From Candidatus Krumholzibacteriia bacterium (GTDB lineage Bacteria > Krumholzibacteriota > Krumholzibacteriia > Krumholzibacteriales > Krumholzibacteriaceae): a DNA stretch of 64,000 nucleotides. The notes below the pieces were generated by a model, which saw only the letters and a list, made by a program, of their open reading frames with translations, was not told the origin of the DNA and did not search any database. The DNA lies in assembly GCA_963836185.1 (NCBI GenBank), contig CAWIIQ010000001.1, forward strand, positions 2,163,309 to 2,227,308, written 5' to 3'. The first letter of the stretch is position 1. Each line of letters starts with the position of its first letter. A program made the position numbers and the translations under genes. Below are positions 28,766-40,240 of the stretch, one piece after another.

Positions 28766-29939
28766 ATGAAGGACAGGATATCAGTCGCGCATCTGATAAC
28801 GGGCACCTCTACCGGAGGCGCCGAGACGATGCTCCATAAGCTCGTCTCGAGGATCGACAGGGAAAGCTTCGACGTCAGCGTGATCTCGCTGACGACGGCC
28901 GGAGAGATAGGCAGGAGGATGATCGAGGAGGGTGTCCCTTTCCATTCGATCGAAGCATCGAGAAGCGGGCTCGACCCCGCGGCGCTCGCCAGGCTGATCC
29001 GGCTCCTGCGCCGGGCCCGTCCAGATATACTTCAGACGTGGATGTATCACGCCGACCTGGCCGGCGGACTGGCCGCCAGGTTCGCGCGCTCGATCCCCGT
29101 CGCCTGGAACATCCGCCACAGCGACCTCGATCCCGGCCACATGAAAAAACGTACGATACAGATCGCGAAATTGTGCTCCCGCCTGTCCCGGCGCCTCCCC
29201 GACAGGATCGTCTGCTGCTCGCGAGCCTCATGGAGACACATGCGGCGATTGGATACGACAGGGAGAGGATGGTAGTCATACCGAACGGATTCGACACATC
29301 TCTCTTCGTTCCCGACAGCGGAGCGCGGAGCTCGGTCCGCGAAGAGCTCGGCCTCGACAGGGACACGCCCCTGGTCGGCCTCGTCGCCAGGTACCATCCA
29401 CAGAAGGACCACGCGACATTCATCCAGGCGGCCGGCATCCTGCGCTCCGAGATGCCCTGAGTGCGCTTCGTCCTCTGCGGAGAGGGAGTGTACGGCAGAG
29501 AACGGCGACCTTGCCGGTATGATCGAAGGGGCCGGGCTGCGATGAATGCGGCCTTTCTCCTCGGACGCCGTTCCGACATCCCGCGGATACAGGCGTCACT
29601 CGATATCGCTTCGTCCTCCGCTTCGAGCGGTGAGGGGTTCCCCAATATCATCGGAGAGGCGATGTCGTGCGGGGTCCCCTGCGTCGTGACCTCTGTCGGC
29701 GATTCGGCCGAGATCGTGGGAGATTGCGGCATCGTGGTCGAGCCCGGGGACCCGGAAGGCACTAGCCGCGGGATGGAAGAAGATACTCACTATGAGAAGC
29801 GGGGACCGGAGCGCGCTCGCTCGGCAGGTGCCGCGAGAGGATCGAAAAAAAGTTCGAGATAGGCGCCGTGACCGCCCGGTACGAAGTGATGTATCTCGGG
29901 ATGTGCGGGAAACGCGGAAGATCCGGCAGCGGCGCGTGA
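28766..29939 (+). pseudogene. GT4-family glycosyltransferase, disrupted (at least two frameshifts and one in-frame TGA)
   Basis: GT4 N-terminal domain in frame 2 (28766..29275), middle in frame 1 (to 29460), in-frame TGA at 29458..29460, EGFPNIIGEAMSCGVPCVVTSVGD (GT4 E-x7-E region) in frame 1, C-terminal tail in another frame ending at TGA 29937..29939. Confidence 0.65.
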
Positions 29940-29951
29940 GGATCCAGTCAA

Positions 29952-31095
29952 TTACGCCCGGTAAGTGAGATCGAGCCTTTCGACCTGAAGCCGTGTCACG
30001 CGGTGTTCGTCGAAGTGATCGAGGACCCTCTGCCTGCCGGCCCTTCCCATCCCTGCTGACATATCGGCGTCCGAGAGGATCTTCAGCATCGCCTCTCCCA
30101 GGGCATAGTGATCACGGGGCGGCACGAGAAGCCCGGTCTCGCCGTCGACGACCTCCTCCCTGCACCCCCTGATATCGGTCGCGGCCACAGGCAGGCCGCT
30201 GGCCATCGCCTCGAGCAGCGAACGAGGCATCCCCTCGCGATAGCTCGGCATCGCGAATAGATCGAGCAGCGAGAGGATCGCAGGGACGTCCTCCCTGTAT
30301 CCTGTCATAACAAGCCGTCCAGACAGCCCCTCGCTCTGCACCAGGCCCTCGATCTCCGCGAGGCAGCCGTCGCGGTCGCTCTCGAGAGGGGCTCCGATCA
30401 TGATGAACATCGAACCGGGAAGCTCGCGCGAGACTATCCCCGCCGCTTTTACGAACTCGACCGCTCCCTTCTCCCTGACGATCCGCCCGGTGAACCCCGC
30501 GACAGGGGCGCTGTCGATACCTAGCTCTTCCCTCAGAACAGCTGCCGCCGAGGCGTTCGCCTCACGTCCGAAGAGGGAAGGATCGACACCGTTTCCGATA
30601 TGTACGAGCTTTTCCACCGGCGCGATCCGGGACTCGACCGCTTCCTCGAGGTCTTCGCCGCTCTGTACGAAGACAGGTCGCATATCGATGCCCCGAATCG
30701 TTCGATCGAGCGCATCACACGGCGCTGCGTTCCGCGCATGTCCTCGTGGAAATAAAACCCGTGGGCGGTATACACGACCCATTTCACACGGGCCATCCTG
30801 GCCGCCACCCGCCGAGCAGCCCCGCGACGGGAGTATGGGTATGTACTATATCGAATCTTTCCCGGAGCATCAGACGGTACAGACGGACAAGCGAGATTGT
30901 ATGGGAGAAGATATTGTACGACCTCGAGACAGGGATCCTGAATACGCTGAAGCCCTCCTGCTCCAGGCGATCGAGCCCCCTGCCCGGTGAGCAGCAGAAC
31001 GACACCTCATAACCCGAATCACGAAGAGCGAGGCCGAGAGGCCTGAGAAGATGGTATGCAGTAAAATCGACAGCGCAGAGCTGCAGGATCTTCAT
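29952..31095 (-). pseudogene. GT4-family glycosyltransferase, disrupted (two frameshifts)
   Basis: N-terminal domain (MKILQLCAVDF...HTHTPVAGLLGG) in ORF 30784..31278, middle (MARVKWVVYTAHGFYFHED) in ORF 30533..30808, C-terminal domain (REKGAVEF...PSYREGMPRSLLEAMASGLPVAATD) in ORF 29952..30782: three frames for one gene. Confidence 0.65.
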
Positions 31096-31126
31096 TCCGC
31101 CCCTCCGCCATGGGACCGGCCGGCTC

Positions 31127-31730
31127 TCACGCCTGGCCGGGAGAAGAAAGAATCTCCTCGACCAGCCCGCAGAGGATATGCCCGAGGGCCATATGGATCT
31201 CCTGTATGCGGGCGAAATCGTCATCCGGCACGATGATAGCGAGATCGGCCTGTCCGGCCATAGCTCCGCCGCCTGCACCGGTAAACGCGAGCGTCTTCAT
31301 GCCGAGACTCGCCGCCATCGACAGCGCCTCGACGCAGTTGGCCGAGTTGCCGCTCGTCGACAGCGCCAGCAGCACGATCGCCTTCGCTGCCGAGCGCCTC
31401 TATCTGTTTGGAAAAGACATCGTCGTAACCGAAATCATTCGCGATCGCCGTGACGACCGAGCTGTTCGTTGTCAGAGCGAATGCCTTGTATCCACTGAGT
31501 TTCTTTCTGCGGAACCTTCCGACGAGCTCGCCGGCGATATGCTGCGCGTCCGCCGCGCTTCCGCCATTGCCGCATGTGAGGACGACCTTGCCCGATCTCG
31601 ATCGCGCGAGACATAAGTCCGCCATCTCGACAAGAATCACGGCCTGCTCGCGAGGAAACGATTCGAGAGCACGCCTGAGGGCATCGATCTCGCCGAGTAC
31701 CTGTTCGATATATCCGTCACTCTTTTCCAT
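31127..31730 (-). CDS. gmhA: phosphoheptose isomerase (SIS domain), interrupted by a +1 frameshift near 31385
   Basis: N-terminal part [11 protein letters not shown]...[19 protein letters not shown]...EALGSEGD in one frame, C-terminal part [16 protein letters not shown]...[19 protein letters not shown] in the next; one extra base in ggcgatCgtgctg. Confidence 0.75.
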
Positions 31731-31752
31731 ATTCTCACCCTTATCGCAGAGG

Positions 31753-33237
31753 CTATGACCGTGACAGCGCCACGATCGAGATAACGAGCGTTCCGACCCC
31801 GATGAGCCCTGTAAAGATGTCTGCGAATATCCTCGTCTTGCTCCGCTTGATGATGATGACGTCTCCGCTGTTCGGCCGGTAGGTGCTGTCAGTACCGATC
31901 GAAGTCCCATCTTTCGAAATGACTATGACCCTGTCGATACTGCCCTCGTGCGTGGGGCCTCCCACCGCGCCGACATACTGCGCGACTGTCCAGTTACTGA
32001 CGAACATCACTTTCCCCGGCAGCTGGACCTGGCCGCCGACAGCCACGGTCTGTTCGACAGTCGGAATGTGCAGGATGTCTCCATCTATCAGGGGGATATC
32101 CTCTGCTGTGCTCGGCGGCACGAATGACTTGAGGTCGACCGGTATCAGCTCACCCGTCGTCCTCTCGAGCGTCGCGGCGGTAAGGTCGGCATTCGGATTA
32201 TAGATCGCCACGCGGCCGAGGAGGCTCCGGAGCCCCTCCCCCTCGGTGATATAATAATCGCCCGTCTGCTGAGTCGCTCCGAAGACAAAGACCCTGCTCG
32301 TACCGGTCATCCCGTCTATCACATTCACCTCGTCGCGGTCATCGAGGATCATGTCGAATTCGGAGGACGGGACCTGCATCGTCGTTACCGAACCGTCTTC
32401 GTGGATCCTCGTGAGCAGGACCCTGTCCCTCAGCGCCTCCGCCCTGAATCCCCCGGCGAGGTCGATCAGGTCGCCGACCGTCTCACCCGGCAGGATCTCG
32501 TAGTTAAGCTGTTTATGTACCGCACCTCTGATCGAGGCGTGCCGCCTGGCGACCGGGACGTGTATCCGGTTACCGTTTGAGAGGAATGGATTGGTTGAGA
32601 AATCACCTTTCAGGACATACCGCAGGATATCCACTTCGAGAGTGTCGGCATCCCTGTACAGAAGGACCCGCCTGTTCGACCCCTCTGATATTATGCTGCC
32701 CGCGAGCTCGACCGCGTCCGATACACGCTGCACCGCCGAGACATTGACGGCCCCCGGAGTCGAGACCTCGCCGGTCACGAAGACCCTGAACACACGCGGT
32801 TCCTGCAGGTAACAGAAGATCCGCACGTTCTTGAAGAACCTGTTGACCTCCTCGTCAAGCCTCTTCCTGAACTCGTTGAGGGTCAGACCGTCCGCCTTTA
32901 TCGCGCCGACACTTGGAACGAAAACGTCGCCTTCCGGCAGGACCACCATGGCGAAGGTCCTCGACTCTGTCCCGATGACGTTGACAAGAAGCCTGTCGTA
33001 CGGTCCGAGGACATACTGGTCGGGGTCGATCGCTTTTTCGAGTTTCGGGATGTCATAACTCGATCTCTGCCGTTCGACGACCTGGCCGTAACCTGATTCC
33101 TTCTTTTCCAGCTCTACCTGGCTCGTCGGGTCCTGCAGCTGTGTGTCGATGCTCTGTGCCGGAGCGCCTACGGTCGAAAGTGCCACCGCGGCGCAGACGG
33201 CGGCGATCATAACGAGTATACGTTTCATTTTCCTCAC
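31753..33237 (-). CDS. polysaccharide export protein (Wza-like)
   Basis: Signal peptide, Poly_export-like N-terminus and repeated SLBB-type segments, C-terminal hydrophobic helix; sits in the polysaccharide locus. Confidence 0.75.
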   Translation of the reverse strand: MRKMKRILVMIAAVCAAVALSTVGAPAQSIDTQLQDPTSQVELEKKESGYGQVVERQRSSYDIPKLEKAIDPDQYVLGPYDRLLVNVIGTESRTFAMVVLPEGDVFVPSVGAIKADGLTLNEFRKRLDEEVNRFFKNVRIFCYLQEPRVFRVFVTGEVSTPGAVNVSAVQRVSDAVELAGSIISEGSNRRVLLYRDADTLEVDILRYVLKGDFSTNPFLSNGNRIHVPVARRHASIRGAVHKQLNYEILPGETVGDLIDLAGGFRAEALRDRVLLTRIHEDGSVTTMQVPSSEFDMILDDRDEVNVIDGMTGTSRVFVFGATQQTGDYYITEGEGLRSLLGRVAIYNPNADLTAATLERTTGELIPVDLKSFVPPSTAEDIPLIDGDILHIPTVEQTVAVGGQVQLPGKVMFVSNWTVAQYVGAVGGPTHEGSIDRVIVISKDGTSIGTDSTYRPNSGDVIIIKRSKTRIFADIFTGLIGVGTLVISIVALSRS

Positions 33238-35915
33238 CGTCCGTTGATCAATCTCTCAACTAATCCGGGGATAGCCTCGAAGACCCGCTGCTCACTGTCG
33301 AGTTCCTTCGTGCCCAGCTGGGCGAGATGTTTCTTCCCGCCCCCTCCTCCTCCGGCCAGGGGACCGAGTTCCTTGACGATATCGACAGCTGTGACTCCCT
33401 TTCCGACAAGATCGTCGGTAACGGTGATCACGAAATGCATCTTTCCCTTGTCCGGCATCGAGAGGACCGCGACACCAGAGGGCACCTTCTCCCTGAACGA
33501 GTCGGCAAGGCCCCTCAAGGCTCCAGCGTCTCTCGCGCCCGGCCTGCCCGTCGCGATCATGAATCCCGAGATCTCATTCGCCTCTCTTATGATATTATCG
33601 AGCTGGCTGCCGCCGCCCTTCTCGAGTATCTTTATCTCCTTCTTCATCTCTTCCACTGTCTCGAGCATCGCCCCGATCCTAGCCTTCATCTCTGCCGGGG
33701 TCGTCCTGAGAAGGGACGCCGCTTCTTCCTCACGGTCGAACGAGTCGTGGACATGGCGCAGGGCTCCCTGTCCGGTCACGGCCTCGATCCTGCGCACCCC
33801 GGCCGCGACACTGCTCTCCGACACTATCAGGAAAAGTCCTGCCTGGCCAGTCGATGAGAGATGAGTGCCGCCGCACAGTTCGGTAGACACGTCTCCCATA
33901 TGGACCACGCGGACCTTCGTCCCGTACTTCTCGTCAAAAAGGGCGATGGCTCCGGAATCGATCGCTCCCTGGTAGTCCATCAGCTCTGTTCTCACCTCGA
34001 GAGCGTCCCGGATCCACCGGTTGACGAGTTCCTCTATCCTTCTCTTTTCCTCACCGGTGACCGCCTGGAAATGATTGAAATCGAATCTCAGCCTGTCCGG
34101 CCCGACGAGCGAGCCGGCCTGCGCGACGTGCCCGCCGACGATCTCCCGCAGCGCGGCATGAAGCAGGTGAGTCGCGGTATGGTTTGCCGCCGTCGCCAGC
34201 CTCGCCTCGTTATTGATATGAAGTGTTATCTTTGGATCCTTCTCTACCAGTTCCCCGATACCGGAAATATCATCGGCAGCCTCGGCAAGGTGGATTATCT
34301 CTCCGCCTCTCTTGAATACGTCGCGGATCTCCAGCCTGCCGCCGGTCATCTCGATCCAGCCGCTGTCGGCCATCTGCCCGCCCGATGTGGCGTAGAACGG
34401 AGTCCTGTCGAGGACGAGTTCGACCGCGGGAGTATTCGCCCGGGACCATGTGACATCTTTCCTCTCCGCTTTATCGAGCACCCTGTACCTGCGCACCTCG
34501 GCCTCGCCGCCGACGCTCTCGTACCCGGTGAAGATCGAACTCTCCCCCTCGGACAGTTCTGTCATCTCGACAAGCGCCTGCTCGCCCGCGTCGAAGGCGC
34601 TGCTCCTCTGAGCGCGTTTCCGCTGCTCCTCCATGGCGGCAGCGAAACCTTCCTCATCGACTTCGAGCCCTTCTTCCGCAGCGAGGGCGATCGTCAGTTC
34701 AAGAGGGAACCCGTACGTATCATAAAGTAAAAATGCCTGTTCGCCTGCGATCGCCTTGCCCTTGTCGTTCCTTATATCATCGACGATGACGGCGAACCTC
34801 GACTTGCCGTCCTCCAGGGTCCTGTAGAAGCTCTCCTCCTCCGCCCTGATTATCATCGCGGTGTCAGGCGCCCTCTCGACAAGCTCGGGATAGTCCTCTC
34901 CCATCACCCTGACTACCTCGTCGACCATGCCGTAGAGGACCGGCCCGTCGATCCCGAATGTATGAAGCCGCGTCAGCGCACGCCTCAGTATCCTTCTGAG
35001 TATATATCCCCTGCCTTCGTTCGACGGGTATATCCCCTCTGAGATCGTGAATGTCAGCGCCCTTGCATGATCGGCGATCATGTTGATACCGAGTTTCGCC
35101 TCGCCGGCCGTATCGGTGCCTTCGGGAAGAAGCGCGATAACGGCATCGACGAGGGGCTGGAATATATCTGTGTGAAAATTGTCCTCGGCCCCCTGCATGA
35201 TCATCGCGATCCGCTCGAGGCCGGCGCCCGTATCGATACCAGGTTTCTCAAGGGGCCTGTACGTCCCGTCCTCCTCTAGGAAGAACTGCGGGAATACGAG
35301 GTTCCAGAACTCGAGATAGCGGTCGCAGTCGCATCCCGGGGCGCACTCCGCGCTTCCGCATCCCCTGGCCTCGCCCGCGTCGTAATAGATCTCCGAACAG
35401 GGGCCGCAGACACCGGTACTGCCGACGGGGCCCCAGAAATTGTCCTTGCGGCCGAGCCTGACGATCCTGTCGGCAGGCACTCCTATCTTCTCGTTCCATA
35501 TCCCGTAAGCCTCGTCGTCATCCTCGAAGATGCTGACGTAGAGACGGTTCTCGGGGAGCTGGAGCACATCGATGACAAACTCCCAGGCCCATTCGATCGC
35601 CTCGACCTTGAAATAGTCGCCGAAACTGAAATTACCGAGCATCTCGAAGAAGGTATGGTGGCGAAGCGTCCTGCCTACGCTCTCGAGGTCTCCGGCCCTG
35701 AGGCATTTCTGGACGCTGACCGCCCTAGTATAGGGAAGGTTGTCGGGCGAGAGGTAGAAATCCTTGAACTGCACCATCCCGGCGGAGGTAAAGAGGAGCG
35801 TCGCGTCGCCCTTCGGCACCAGCGGCGCGCTAGGCACCTCAGTGTGCTTCCTCTCGAGGAAGAAATCGAGGTAGGCTTTCCTTATATCGTGAGCTGTCCT
35901 GATATTACTGTTCAT
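33234..35915 (-). CDS. alaS: alanine--tRNA ligase
   Basis: 893 aa with class II aaRS catalytic domain (FTSAGMVQFK), editing-domain zinc motif (HTATHLL...CGGTH) and C-terminal C-Ala-like region. Confidence 0.95.
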   Translation of the reverse strand: MNSNIRTAHDIRKAYLDFFLERKHTEVPSAPLVPKGDATLLFTSAGMVQFKDFYLSPDNLPYTRAVSVQKCLRAGDLESVGRTLRHHTFFEMLGNFSFGDYFKVEAIEWAWEFVIDVLQLPENRLYVSIFEDDDEAYGIWNEKIGVPADRIVRLGRKDNFWGPVGSTGVCGPCSEIYYDAGEARGCGSAECAPGCDCDRYLEFWNLVFPQFFLEEDGTYRPLEKPGIDTGAGLERIAMIMQGAEDNFHTDIFQPLVDAVIALLPEGTDTAGEAKLGINMIADHARALTFTISEGIYPSNEGRGYILRRILRRALTRLHTFGIDGPVLYGMVDEVVRVMGEDYPELVERAPDTAMIIRAEEESFYRTLEDGKSRFAVIVDDIRNDKGKAIAGEQAFLLYDTYGFPLELTIALAAEEGLEVDEEGFAAAMEEQRKRAQRSSAFDAGEQALVEMTELSEGESSIFTGYESVGGEAEVRRYRVLDKAERKDVTWSRANTPAVELVLDRTPFYATSGGQMADSGWIEMTGGRLEIRDVFKRGGEIIHLAEAADDISGIGELVEKDPKITLHINNEARLATAANHTATHLLHAALREIVGGHVAQAGSLVGPDRLRFDFNHFQAVTGEEKRRIEELVNRWIRDALEVRTELMDYQGAIDSGAIALFDEKYGTKVRVVHMGDVSTELCGGTHLSSTGQAGLFLIVSESSVAAGVRRIEAVTGQGALRHVHDSFDREEEAASLLRTTPAEMKARIGAMLETVEEMKKEIKILEKGGGSQLDNIIREANEISGFMIATGRPGARDAGALRGLADSFREKVPSGVAVLSMPDKGKMHFVITVTDDLVGKGVTAVDIVKELGPLAGGGGGGKKHLAQLGTKELDSEQRVFEAIPGLVERLINGR

Positions 35916-36585
35916 CTGCCTCTCCGGTGATCTCTCCTCTCAATATCCCCGCGCATATGCTTCCGACGACACCGGACGCGAAGCCTCTACGGGAGAGATA
36001 GCCTCCTATCCTTCGCGCCGCCTTTTCCCTGCCGGACCTGGATTCAGCCGCTGCGGCGCGCGCAAGCCTGTCCAGGGCCATCTTCGAGGCCAGCCTCTCC
36101 TCCTCGCCGGGAGGAAAAGCGTCTGAGAGCAGTTCGTCTATGACCTCGGCCTCGACCCCGGCCCCCGACAGCTTCCTTCTCAGAAGAGCCGGCCCGGCGG
36201 GGTTGTGCCTCAGCCTGTATCCTATGAGCTCCGAAGCGAACCGCCTGTCGTTCAACAGGTTCTTCCTCTTGAGCGTCTCGACAATATAATCCATCGAGGC
36301 CGGATTATCTATACCTTCCGCCTCGAGTTCCTCGCGCACCTCATGCTCGGTCCGTTCGCGTCTTGACAGGAAACTGAGGGCGCGGGCCATTCCCGCCTGC
36401 CGGGCTACCGGCCCCTCAAGCTCCTCGATGTCGCCGGGGTCGAGCACGGCGCCTTCCTCGAGGAAACGCTCCGTCGCGGGGGTCTTCAGGACGAGATAAA
36501 TCTTTCCCGACGAGGTCGTTACCCTGCGGAGCGACCCGGTGCTTCTCGATACCGATACTATCTCAGTGCTGCTGCTCAAGGTCAT
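35905..36585 (-). CDS. recX: regulatory protein RecX
   Basis: Directly downstream of recA; helical-repeat protein of RecX size and composition. Confidence 0.7.
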   Translation of the reverse strand: MTLSSSTEIVSVSRSTGSLRRVTTSSGKIYLVLKTPATERFLEEGAVLDPGDIEELEGPVARQAGMARALSFLSRRERTEHEVREELEAEGIDNPASMDYIVETLKRKNLLNDRRFASELIGYRLRHNPAGPALLRRKLSGAGVEAEVIDELLSDAFPPGEEERLASKMALDRLARAAAAESRSGREKAARRIGGYLSRRGFASGVVGSICAGILRGEITGEADEQ

Positions 36586-36594
36586 GGTCCGGGC

Positions 36595-37761
36595 CTACAC
36601 CTGTTTCAGATCGGCCTCGCCGCCGTCACCAGCAGGAGCCGCCGTCTCTTTCGCCACGGTAGAAGCAGGTGCGGCAGCGGGGACCGGCGAAGCGTCAAGC
36701 CCGTAGTGCTCGCGCACACTGGTCTCTATCTCGGCTCGTATATCGGTGTTCTCCTTGAGGAAAATCCGGGTATTGTCCTTGCCCTGGCCGAGTCTTGTCT
36801 CTCCCCAGGAATACCAGCTGCCCATCTTCGTCAGTATGCCGGAGACTACGCCCAGCTCGATCAGGTCGCCCTCGAGGCTGATACCCTCGCCGTAGAGTAT
36901 CTCGAATTCGGCCTGGCGGAATGGCGCGGCGACCTTGTTCTTGACGACCTTGACCCTCGTCATGTTCCCGATGATGCTCTCGCGGTCCTTTATCTGTCCG
37001 ATGCGGCGGATGTCCATCCTCATCGTCGCGTAGAACTTCAATGCGTTTCCACCCGAAGTAGTCTCGGGATTACCGAACATCACGCCGATCTTCATCCGGA
37101 TCTGGTTGGTGAATATCATACATGTGCGCGATTTTGAGACCGCGCCCGCTATCTTTCTGAGGGCCTGCGACATCAGCCTCGCCTGGAGGCCGACATGCGA
37201 GTCACCCATATTGCCCTCGATCTCGGCCGAAGGCACGAGTGCCGCGACCGAGTCGATCACTACAACGTCGATCGCGTCGCTGCGGATGAGGACCTCGGCG
37301 ATCTCGAGCGCCTGCTCGCCCGTATCAGGCTGGGATATGAGAAGGTTGTCGATATCGACCCCTATCTTCCTCGCGTAACCGACGTCGAGAGCATGCTCGG
37401 CATCGATGAAAGCAGCCACGCCTCCGAGCTTCTGCGCGTTCGCGACTATCGAGCAGGCAAGGGTCGTCTTGCCCGATCCCTCGGGCCCGTAGATCTCCAT
37501 CACCCTGCCCCGCGGCACTCCCCCGATCCCCGCCGCGATATCGAGCGCGAGGCTGCCGGTAGGAATAGCCTCTATCTCCTGGTGCGCGCCTTCCTCGCCC
37601 AGGCGCATGATCGCTCCTTTTCCGAACTGTTTCTCTATCTGGTCGACAGCAAGCTCGATCGCCTTGCCCTTGTCGCCCTGTTTCAAAGCCGGTTTTGTGC
37701 TTTTTACCATCTTTGACACCTTCTGGGTCCTTGTCTTTTTACCGAATCTGTCCGCGTTCAC
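36595..37761 (-). CDS. recA: recombinase RecA
   Basis: Canonical RecA ([16 protein letters not shown], Walker [13 protein letters not shown]1/L2 loops). Start is either GTG 37761 (preceded by GGGAGG) or ATG 37710. Confidence 0.95.
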   Translation of the reverse strand: MNADRFGKKTRTQKVSKMVKSTKPALKQGDKGKAIELAVDQIEKQFGKGAIMRLGEEGAHQEIEAIPTGSLALDIAAGIGGVPRGRVMEIYGPEGSGKTTLACSIVANAQKLGGVAAFIDAEHALDVGYARKIGVDIDNLLISQPDTGEQALEIAEVLIRSDAIDVVVIDSVAALVPSAEIEGNMGDSHVGLQARLMSQALRKIAGAVSKSRTCMIFTNQIRMKIGVMFGNPETTSGGNALKFYATMRMDIRRIGQIKDRESIIGNMTRVKVVKNKVAAPFRQAEFEILYGEGISLEGDLIELGVVSGILTKMGSWYSWGETRLGQGKDNTRIFLKENTDIRAEIETSVREHYGLDASPVPAAAPASTVAKETAAPAGDGGEADLKQV

Positions 37762-37923
37762 TTTCTTCCTCCCACTTCTTCCCCCGATCTATCATGCGGC
37801 TGATTTATCCCGGGCCGCCACGGCGGCGGCCCGTCAGACTGCTTTTATATCACCAACCTGTCGATTGTTCAATGAATTTCACGATTTTGAGGGAAGGTGT
37901 TTTCCCGTGTCTTTCGCCCGATA

Positions 37924-38484
37924 TCAGCGTCCGAGCTCGAATTCTCCGGCTTCTTCGTATAATGCGCCTGAAGGGGTCAAACGGCTGCTCATCAGCGTAA
38001 AATGGCCGGCATCGAGAAAGGCGGCTGCATCCAGGGGCGGGAAGGACCGCAGGGCACAGAGGGCCTCATCTCCGGGAGGGCGTTTTACCCGGGCGAGAGT
38101 CAGGTGGGCCCTGAATCTCTTTTTATCCCTCTCGAACCCGATCTTTTCACATTCATCCTCTATCCGCCCGGCAAGATCCCTGAGCTTCTCGAATCCACTG
38201 TCGATACCATAGTAGATCACCCGAGGATCATCAAGATCGGGGAACCCGCCGATACTCCCCATCGTCAGGCGGAACGGCTCCGTCCCCGATGCCGCGCTCC
38301 TCGCCGCTTCATGGATCGACGGAAGCATACTGCCGTCGACCTCTCCGAGGAATTTCAGTGTGAAGTGATAGTTCTCCGGCCGGATCCATCTCCACGGAGC
38401 GCGGCGGATGCTGGAATCCTCTATGATACGCGAGATCCGCCCCGCTATCGATTCTCCCGCATGAAGGGCGAAGAAGAGCCTCAC
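37924..38484 (-). CDS. thpR: RNA 2',3'-cyclic phosphodiesterase (2H family, ThpR/LigT)
   Basis: Two H-x-T/S-x motifs (HFTLKFLG and HLTLARV); start at GTG overlapping the cinA stop (GTGA). Confidence 0.75.
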   Translation of the reverse strand: MRLFFALHAGESIAGRISRIIEDSSIRRAPWRWIRPENYHFTLKFLGEVDGSMLPSIHEAARSAASGTEPFRLTMGSIGGFPDLDDPRVIYYGIDSGFEKLRDLAGRIEDECEKIGFERDKKRFRAHLTLARVKRPPGDEALCALRSFPPLDAAAFLDAGHFTLMSSRLTPSGALYEEAGEFELGR

Positions 38485-39699
38485 GGGTACCGGCCCTCCT
38501 GTCCGAGCAACCTCCGCCTCAGCATATCGAGGCAGGTGCAGGCGGTCCTGAGCCTGATCACTTCCCGCCACCCGGCCATCTTTCTCTTCCGGCACTCAGT
38601 CATGCCGGCAAAGGCCAGTCCCATCCAGCACAATCCCACAGGCTTGCCTTCGACAGCTCCGCCGGGGCCGGCTATCCCTGTCGTCGAGAGTCCGATATCC
38701 GCTCCCGAGATCCTCGCGGCACCCTCGGCCATCTGCCCGCAGACCTCCTCGCTTACCGCCCCTTCAGTGGCTATGGCAGTCTGCCCGACGCCGAGGATCC
38801 TCGTCTTCGATTCGTTGCTGTAGGTTATATATCCTTCGAGGAATGTCTCGCTCGCACCCGGCACCGAGACGATCAGCGAGGCAAGCATGCCCCCCGTCAG
38901 GGATTCGGCTGTTGCAAGGGTCAGCTTCCTCTCACGAAGCATGCCGACGACTACATCTTCGAGCCTGTCCCTCCCCTCACCGAACAGATCGTCCCCGAGG
39001 CTCTCCGAGGCCCGCGCGGCGATCTCCTCATCGATACCGGGAGGAAGATATACACTGATCCCGGAGGGGGACGAGATTATCGAGAGATGCTCGAGGAGGT
39101 CTTCCCCGAGCACTGGCGCCAGCCTCTCCTCCACGGCTGTCTCCATCAGGCCGAAGACCCGCAGTACTTTTCTCCGGTCTTCCGAGCCGGATACCAGGCG
39201 TGGAAGGACGAGGCGTTCGAACATATCTTCCATCTCGCCCGGAACGCCGGGGAGAAGGAAGATGCCGCACTCCTCCCGCCTCGATCGCGAGACCGGGCGC
39301 CGCTCCCACCAGGTTCTCGAGAAGTTCCGCGCCCGCCGGGACCCGCGCCAGATCCCTGTAACCTTCAGGCATCGTGAATCCCAGCTCGGTGAAACGCCGC
39401 TCGATCCCGGCTATGATCCCGTCACGGATCTCTACTTCCCCCCCGAACGCGTCGATGGCCGCCTGCCGCGTCACATCGTCCACGGTCGGGCCGAGCCCGC
39501 CCGTGACCACGACGGCGTCGCTCCTCTCCGCCGCAGCGGCGAGCTCATCGCGGATAAGATCTGTCCTGTCGGGAAGAGCCGTCGTCCTCCACGGAGAGAT
39601 CCCGGCCGATGTAAGGGATATGGAAAGCCATACTGTGTTGTTTTTAACTGTCTCGCCGCGGAGGACCTCGTCCCCGACCGTGATTATCTCGACCCTCAT
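38481..39699 (-). CDS. cinA: CinA family protein (MoCF-binding domain plus nicotinamide-nucleotide amidohydrolase domain), interrupted by a frameshift near 39236
   Basis: N-terminal domain (MRVEIITVGDEVLRGE...VVTGGLGPTVDD) in ORF 39028..39699; C-terminal domain (LATAESLTGGMLAS...TGIAGPGG) in ORF 38481..39233; junction at GVRH / IFLLPGVPGEM. Confidence 0.8.
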
Positions 39700-40156
39700 A
39701 GCAGTTCCGTGAAATGTCTCAGCAGTACCATCACCGCCAGAGCGTAGAGCCCCGCGAGTATATCATCGACCACTACGCCCACTCCTCCCGGAAGTCTCTG
39801 GGACCTGCCGGCGGGAAATGGTTTCGCGATATCGAATATCCTGAACAGTACGTATCCGACAAGCCCGGCCCTGAGGGTGACTGGCGACAGGAGCAGGGTG
39901 ATCTGCATACCGACGACCTCGTCGATCACGATACAGGAAGCGTCCTCGCCATAATATTTCTCCATGATGTGTGAGATGATGATCGCAACGGGGATCAATC
40001 CGGCGATGACGGCCCAATGAGTCATCCAGTGCCCGCCAGGTACAAAGAGCCAAACGAGCAGCCAGACCATACTGGCAAACGACGCGGGTGCGAACGGGAA
40101 GAACCCCGTATAAAAAAAAGAGCCGAAGATCGTGACGAAGAACCGTTTCATCTGCA
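39696..40156 (-). CDS. pgpA: phosphatidylglycerophosphatase A
   Basis: FGSFFYTGFFPFAPASFASMVW...IVIDEVVGMQITLL...GLVGYVLFRIFDIAKPFP is PgpA-like; start at internal ATG. Confidence 0.8.
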
Positions 40157-40240
40157 TCCTTTGACAGGTACAGATGTCAGGATATAGACAAGGGCGGGAA
40201 TCGGCAATCAAATAATCACCGAAAGGCGGGCAGGATCTGC

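Noticed and set aside
37762-37923. LexA/SOS box upstream of recA
   Set aside because: Neither CTGT-N8-ACAG nor GAAC-N4-GTTC is present; only a GC-rich hairpin (37811..37830) and a partial CTGT...TCAC match, which is not enough for a call.
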